Shown: in pieces, positions 28,204 through 32,000 of the stretch | Layout of the letters: each line of letters begins with the position of its first letter | Numbering within the stretch: the stretch's first letter is position 1 | Assembly: GCF_016127575.1 (NCBI RefSeq) | Contig: NZ_CP066018.1 | Coordinates: 3,060,001 to 3,092,000 of the forward strand | DNA length: 32,000 nucleotides | Source: Cupriavidus necator | GTDB lineage: Bacteria > Pseudomonadota > Gammaproteobacteria > Burkholderiales > Burkholderiaceae | Reading direction: 5' to 3' | Program-made: the position numbers and the translations under genes | The notes under the pieces: model-generated | Told to the model about the DNA's origin: nothing | What the model saw: only the letters and a program-made list of their open reading frames with translations | Database searches by the model: none

Positions 28204-28502
28204 GCCGACGCGCCAGGACATCGCCCTGGTGCAGAAGACGCAAGCCGACATCCTGGATCTCTGGTCGCGCGGCCTGGCCGAGCGCGACAAGGGCATTCAG
28301 GACCGGGCGTCAGCCTGGCTGCATAGCTGGAACGAAAAGAACCCGGAATCACCCATCCTGATCAACGGGCGCCAGTTGCAGAGCCGCGTCAAGCAGATGG
28401 CGACGCCGAGCGCAGATCGGATGTTGAAAGGGGCGCCGAAGGGTCTGCGCGGCCGGGTGGCCGGCGAGTTCGCTGCTGGCCGCCCCGCGAAGGAGGGGAG
28501 TG
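28202..28502 (+). pseudogene. Phage-derived ORF fragment of unknown function; the natural end is lost
   Basis: Frame from the ATG at 28202 (MPTRQDIALVQKTQADILDLW...). It then runs on without a stop through the next gene's RBS and into Arg-rich nonsense (RRRPTRQRASRRRPRR), antisense to the DUF2188 gene. Confidence 0.3.
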
Positions 28503-28685
28503 ATGAAGCGCTACTTCTGAAACGTGCTGATCGCCGTCGACCAACTCGGCAACGCGCTAGCCGCCGGCGACCCAGACGAGACGATCAGGCGTTTCTTCCC
28601 AGCAAGCATGCCGGCGCTATTCTTCGTCGCGCTCTGGATTGGTTCCATCGACCCGGCTCAAGTACCGGTGCATTGTCCCGTCTAG
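28503..28685 (+). pseudogene. Small prophage membrane-protein gene (DQLGNAL..GDPDETI type) with an in-frame stop at codon 6 and a replaced 3' end
   Basis: AAGGAGG, 6 nt, ATG AAG CGC TAC TTC TGA, then in frame NVLIAVDQLGNALAAGDPDETI.... The 3' part overlaps the convergent DUF2188 gene by about 70 nt. Confidence 0.4.
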
Positions 28686-28835
28686 CCTGTGAACGTAGAG
28701 ATCGACGCGTTCGGCACAGGCGGCTGTCCAGCCGTCACGGACGGCGTCCGCTTTCGTAGTGAACGGGATATTCGGACTGCCGTCTCGACAGATGTCCCAA
28801 TGGCCGAGATGCGGCATGATGTGAACGTGTCGCAT
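28617..28835 (-). CDS. DUF2188-like small protein (72 aa)
   Basis: MRHVHIMPHLGHWDICRDGSPNIPFTTKADAVRDGWTAACAERVDLYVHRLDGTMHRY. This fits the DUF2188 pattern: H..P....W.v...g......f.tk.eAi..g...A......l.iH..dG.i. Confidence 0.55.
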   Translation of the reverse strand: MRHVHIMPHLGHWDICRDGSPNIPFTTKADAVRDGWTAACAERVDLYVHRLDGTMHRYLSRVDGTNPERDEE

Positions 28836-28926
28836 TTTGGGACCCCCGCATCAGTATGCAATTCGAGTCTAGGGCCTACACATGAGCAATCAATGTTGGA
28901 CAGATGCTCAATCGGGCCTGTCTGGC

Positions 28927-28959
28927 AAAAGAAAAGCCCTCGACCAGGGTGGCGAGGGC
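28927..28959 (-). terminator. Intrinsic terminator (minus strand) after the second DUF2188-like gene
   Basis: GCCCTCG (28936-28942) / CGAGGGC (28953-28959). On the minus strand it is followed by TTTTCTTTT. Confidence 0.5.
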
Positions 28960-29020
28960 CCGAAGTGGAGGCAGGCGTGTCGCAGGACCGCCCACTTAGA
29001 ATCCAACTGAGGGCATGACC

Positions 29021-29263
29021 TTAATCGGCATCACGGATGCAAGTGAGCGCGCTCGCGTCGCAATCGCGAAAATCGATCTCACTTGGCTCGTTTTCCACGC
29101 CATGGATCGTGAGGACGGCATCCTGCGCCATTGCCATTTGAACGCCTGCGGCAATCGCTGCGCCGCGGGAGGGATAGGTTACACGCGTGCCGCTTGGATC
29201 ATCGGTTTCTACGGCCCATCGGGATTCTTCGGTCAGCACAACCTGGACGGTATTGACAGACAT
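29021..29263 (-). CDS. DUF2188-like small protein, paralog (80 aa)
   Basis: Strong RBS AAGGAGG 7 nt upstream of the ATG at 29263. ...RWAVETDDPSGTRVTYPSRGAAIAAGVQMAMAQDAVLTIHGVENEPSEIDF follows the same pattern as the 28617-28835 product. Confidence 0.5.
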   Translation of the reverse strand: MSVNTVQVVLTEESRWAVETDDPSGTRVTYPSRGAAIAAGVQMAMAQDAVLTIHGVENEPSEIDFRDCDASALTCIRDAD

Positions 29264-29793
29264 TAATGCACCTCCTTGGTTGGGGCATGTCTTCGTTGTA
29301 GGCGCGATGAGTCGAACTCGATGTCGGGCAACCTCCTACCTTCGTGGATGGAGATGGCAAATAGCTGGTCAGAGGCGCATTCGTGTCAGGAAAGCGCGCT
29401 ATACGTTGTGCAAAACCGCCGATCCGTGCAAAAAAGCCCTCGGTCGGGTCGAGAGATCGAAGGGAGGGTGTATTCGAGCCGTCGTCAGGCGCCGGTGCCA
29501 ACATGGCGTTCCTGTTCTCAGAGGCCTATGCTTAACTCAGTCTTCTGCACGCTAACCGCGATGAAGCGCCACGTTTCTCACCTACCCGGCCACCCAGAAC
29601 TCCCCGTGCACGGCGCGCGCTATTACTTCGCGCTGGTTGCTGGGCTGATCATTCTGGGCGGGCTGTACCTCGCCGTCGCAGTGTAGCGAGCTCGATGCAT
29701 TGCAGTCAAAGCGCAGGAACAAGCGGTCCCACGCCTGTCGTGGATGTCCCGGTTGCCTCTGCAGTTTGGGGCGATGCTCAGCGGGAGCGAAAA

Positions 29794-30144
29794 ATGCAAG
29801 CGATATTTGCCAGAGGCTACACGCAACGGCCCGTGATAGTCGTGGCCCGAGAATACGCGGTTGACGGTATTCAAGTTGACGTGGGAGATCTAGTGACCGT
29901 TCGCGTCCTTGATCAGGATGTCGAGTTTGGCATCCGCCTATCCGGTCCCGGGGACGGCGTGGACAGCTGGCGGGGCACGATTTTTCATATTGCGCGCGGT
30001 GAAGAGGCGCTTACGTATGCAGAAGGGCTTGAGCTTGACGACATCGTGGATGTCTCGCGCGCGGAGATGGCCGAGATCATTAAGCACAACGACGATTCCC
30101 GATCTGTTTCGGCTCGCTCGATCCCGGATGGCGGCGTGGTGTAA
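29794..30144 (+). CDS. Hypothetical protein (116 aa)
   Basis: ATG at 29794 preceded by GGGAG at -11. Acidic, non-repetitive sequence (MQAIFARGYTQRPVIVVAREYAVDG...). No family recognised. Confidence 0.4.
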   Translation: MQAIFARGYTQRPVIVVAREYAVDGIQVDVGDLVTVRVLDQDVEFGIRLSGPGDGVDSWRGTIFHIARGEEALTYAEGLELDDIVDVSRAEMAEIIKHNDDSRSVSARSIPDGGVV

Positions 30145-30247
30145 GCCATGACGCCGGCGGTCTCCGGCACGCTTTAGATCACTGCTTCTTTCCGCCAGAT
30201 CTCGGCCACAGTGGTCATCCCCTCCTTGCTCCGCCATGCAAAAATCA

Positions 30248-30275
30248 TGCAAAAAAGCCGCGTACAAGGCGGGCT
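30248..30275 (-). terminator. Imperfect terminator-like hairpin on the minus strand near the right end of the islet
   Basis: AGCCGC / GCGGGCT stem with one bulge; on the minus strand it is followed by TTTTTTGCA. Confidence 0.3.
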
Positions 30276-30504
30276 ACGGAAAGTTTGCGCCGGTGGTGGT
30301 CGGGTATGTCTCGGGGGTTGCTGCAGGCAAGGGGCGCCGTTGGCGGGCCAAAAATTGAGGTGGCGCATGGGGCTCGCACGGGTTACAATTTTTCCCACGG
30401 CACCCGTAGAAGCCGCATGAATGCTTGTGAAAAATTGAGCGTTCATGGGAAAAAAACGAGGCCGAAAGCGTTGATTCCAAAGGGGAAAATGGCGATTGAT
30501 GCCG

Positions 30505-30554
30505 GGATTGAGATTCCTGTCGTCGTGGGTTCGAGTCCCATCAGCCACCCCAAA
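30505..30554 (+). repeat. attR-type core: partial copy of the tRNA-His 3' end
   Basis: GGATTGAGATTCCTGTCGTCGTGGGTTCGAGTCCCATCAGCCACCCCAAA, 49/50 identical to 27608-27657. No 5' half of a tRNA precedes it. Confidence 0.85.
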
Positions 30555-30610
30555 GCATTTCCCAGAACGGCGCCTCGCGAGGGCGCCGTTCTGCATTTCC
30601 CGGGGGCGGT

Positions 30611-30991
30611 ATGTCTGTTCGAGCGGCAGCGGTTGGCGTAGCGATGGCAGCCATGGTGGCAGGGTGTGCCACCGGCACTTCTGAAAAGGACATTCGCGCG
30701 CGTGCGCCGATGCGCTTGTTCACGCCCGCCAAGATGGGTGAGGTTGCGAAATGCCTGCGCAACAATCTGGGCGATGACGCCGCGGTCGTCAACTATCCGG
30801 CGAAGAGCCAGACCGAGATCCGCATCGGCCAGACCACGTCTGGCGGTGAATACCAATACGCCTATCTGATTTCGCTGACGGCGAAGCCGGATGGTACGGC
30901 GCTGGAGCTGCGCAAGAGCGATACGTGGTTCCCGCAGCTGACGCCGACGGAGCTGGAAGCCGAAGCCAAGGCGTGTGCGCCGCGTAGCTGA
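30611..30991 (+). CDS. Putative lipoprotein (126 aa)
   Basis: Signal peptide with lipobox MVAGC (MSVRAAAVGVAMAAMVAGCATG). High-GC, core-like codon usage. Confidence 0.6.
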   Translation: MSVRAAAVGVAMAAMVAGCATGTSEKDIRARAPMRLFTPAKMGEVAKCLRNNLGDDAAVVNYPAKSQTEIRIGQTTSGGEYQYAYLISLTAKPDGTALELRKSDTWFPQLTPTELEAEAKACAPRS

Positions 30992-31030
30992 GGACGGCGC
31001 CCGCAGCTGCTCGGAGACAGCCGGCAGATT

Positions 31031-31201
31031 TCAGGCGGCCAGCTTTTCGGCGGTTTCGAGTTCAAGCATGCGGCAGATCGCCGCCATGCTGCCGACCATG
31101 GTGCGGCGCTGCGTACCCTGGTAGACGCGTACGCCCTTGCTCTGGCGGAACGGCACGGGCTTGACCGGGCGACGGGCGGCGACTTGGTGGATTTGCGGCA
31201 T
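31031..31201 (-). CDS. Small basic hypothetical protein (56 aa) downstream of and co-directional with lexA
   Basis: ATG at 31201 preceded by AAGAGGTG 5 nt upstream. MPQIHQVAARRPVKPVPFRQSKGVRVYQGTQRRTMVGSMAAICRMLELETAEKLAA. Confidence 0.4.
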   Translation of the reverse strand: MPQIHQVAARRPVKPVPFRQSKGVRVYQGTQRRTMVGSMAAICRMLELETAEKLAA

Positions 31202-31311
31202 GGTGGCACCTCTTTTAGGCAAAGCGGGGTCAACACCCGGCAAGCCGGGCGGCGTCTGCAAAGCAATGGAAGCGGGTGGGCCCGCGCAGGCGGTTGGCCT
31301 GCGGTGCCCGG

Positions 31312-31965
31312 CTAGAAGCCGGAAGATCGGATCAGCCCGACGGCGATGCCTTCCAGCGAGAACTCCTCGCCAGGCTCCACGATGATGTTGGTGAAGTCCG
31401 GGTTTTCTGCGATCAGTTCGATATGGCCACCGCGCCGCTGCAGGCGCTTGACGGTCACGTCATCACCCAGGCGCGCCACCACGATCTTGCCGTTGGCGGC
31501 TTCGCTGGCGCGGCGCACGGCCAGCAGGTCGCCGTCGAGGATGCCGGCATCGCGCATGCTCAGGCCGCGCACTCGCAGCAGGTAATCGGGGCGTTCGTCG
31601 AAGACCGAGGCGTCGACCTGGTACTGGCGGTCGATATGCTCGGCGGCGAGTATCGGGCTGCCGGCAGCAACGCGGCCCACCAGCGGCAGCGTCAGCTGCA
31701 TCACGCCGGCCATCGGCAACGAAAACTGGTCGGGCATTTCCGAATCGCTGTGTGCCACCTTCAGGCGGATGCCGCGTGAAGCGCCCGGGGTCAGTTCGAT
31801 CACGCCCTTGCGTGCCAGCGCCCTCAGGTGTTCTTCCGCGGCATTGGGCGAGGAGAAGCCAAACTCTGCGGCGATTTCGGCGCGCGTGGGCGGAAAGCCG
31901 GTGCGGCGGATCGTGTTGCGGATCAGATCGAAAATCTGCTGCTGCCGGGGTGTCAGGGTCGCCAT
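31312..31965 (-). CDS. lexA: LexA repressor (SOS regulator, S24 peptidase)
   Basis: 217 aa. N-terminal wHTH ([36 protein letters not shown]), cleavage-site region VAAG and S24 catalytic Ser/Lys contexts ([13 protein letters not shown]). Confidence 0.95.
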   Translation of the reverse strand: MATLTPRQQQIFDLIRNTIRRTGFPPTRAEIAAEFGFSSPNAAEEHLRALARKGVIELTPGASRGIRLKVAHSDSEMPDQFSLPMAGVMQLTLPLVGRVAAGSPILAAEHIDRQYQVDASVFDERPDYLLRVRGLSMRDAGILDGDLLAVRRASEAANGKIVVARLGDDVTVKRLQRRGGHIELIAENPDFTNIIVEPGEEFSLEGIAVGLIRSSGF

Positions 31966-32000
31966 GGGATCGCCGTTCCGTGCGGGGCCGCGGGGTTTCG

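Larger units (their letters stand above)
27658..30554. mobile_element. Degraded tRNA-His-integrated islet (prophage/integrative-element remnant, no intact integrase)
   Basis: Bounded by the 50-bp direct repeat. Integrase C-terminal stub next to the tRNA, decayed phage-type ORFs, patchy GC and several short orphan ORFs. Confidence 0.65.

Noticed and set aside
29199-29504. 101-aa minus-strand ORF upstream of the second DUF2188-like gene
   Set aside because: It contains a terminator-like hairpin, overlaps the DUF2188 paralog by about 65 nt in another frame, and has no RBS. It is likely non-coding.
29561-29686. 41-codon hydrophobic ORF (MKRHVSHLPGHPELPVHGARYYFALVAGLIILGGLYLAVAV)
   Set aside because: It has no Shine-Dalgarno sequence and no recognisable homolog, and it could arise by chance. 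It is mentioned under the non-coding-region finding but not called as a feature.

Overview
High-GC proteobacterial chromosome segment. Gene content and style (Bug/TctC-family binding protein, AroM/DUF1177 cluster, GC3-rich codons) suggest a Cupriavidus/Ralstonia-like betaproteobacterium; this is inference only. Layout: (1) 1-7.9 kb, plus strand: the 3' part of rluB, a promoter with a short terminated leader, then the conserved rimP-nusA-infB-rbfA-truB operon. (2) 8.0-12.3 kb, minus strand: five co-directional genes, namely an IclR-type regulator, peptidase E, DUF1177, an AroM-like protein and a Bug-family periplasmic binding protein. (3) 12.4-17.5 kb, minus strand: a marR / outer-membrane factor / emrA-like / emrB-like tripartite MFS efflux operon. 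(4) 17.7-24.1 kb: typA/bipA, a fatty-acid-hydroxylase-family membrane enzyme, a methyl-accepting chemotaxis protein with a sigma-28-like promoter, a 3-hydroxyisobutyryl-CoA-hydrolase-like crotonase and an NADPH-dependent FMN reductase. (5) 24.1-25.1 kb: a visibly lower-GC insert abutting the 5' end of dusA. It carries a frameshifted, shortened Tlde1 (DUF2778)-like L,D-transpeptidase-fold toxin remnant and an overlapping intact small 3-TM membrane protein, a candidate orphan effector-immunity pair. (6) 26.2-30.6 kb: mosaic accessory DNA with two tandem intrinsic terminators lacking ORFs, a porin N-terminal stub, an orphan 92-aa ORF, tRNA-His, and a ~2.9-kb degraded integrative islet. The islet is delimited by a 50-bp direct repeat of the tRNA-His 3' end. 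Its integrase is reduced to a frameshifted C-terminal stub, its phage genes are decayed, and two DUF2188-like paralogs remain intact. (7) 30.6-32 kb: a lipoprotein, a 56-aa ORF and lexA. No rRNA, CRISPR array or intact IS/transposase was seen. Many long ORFs in the track are antisense shadow ORFs of real genes, as expected at high GC, and were rejected.
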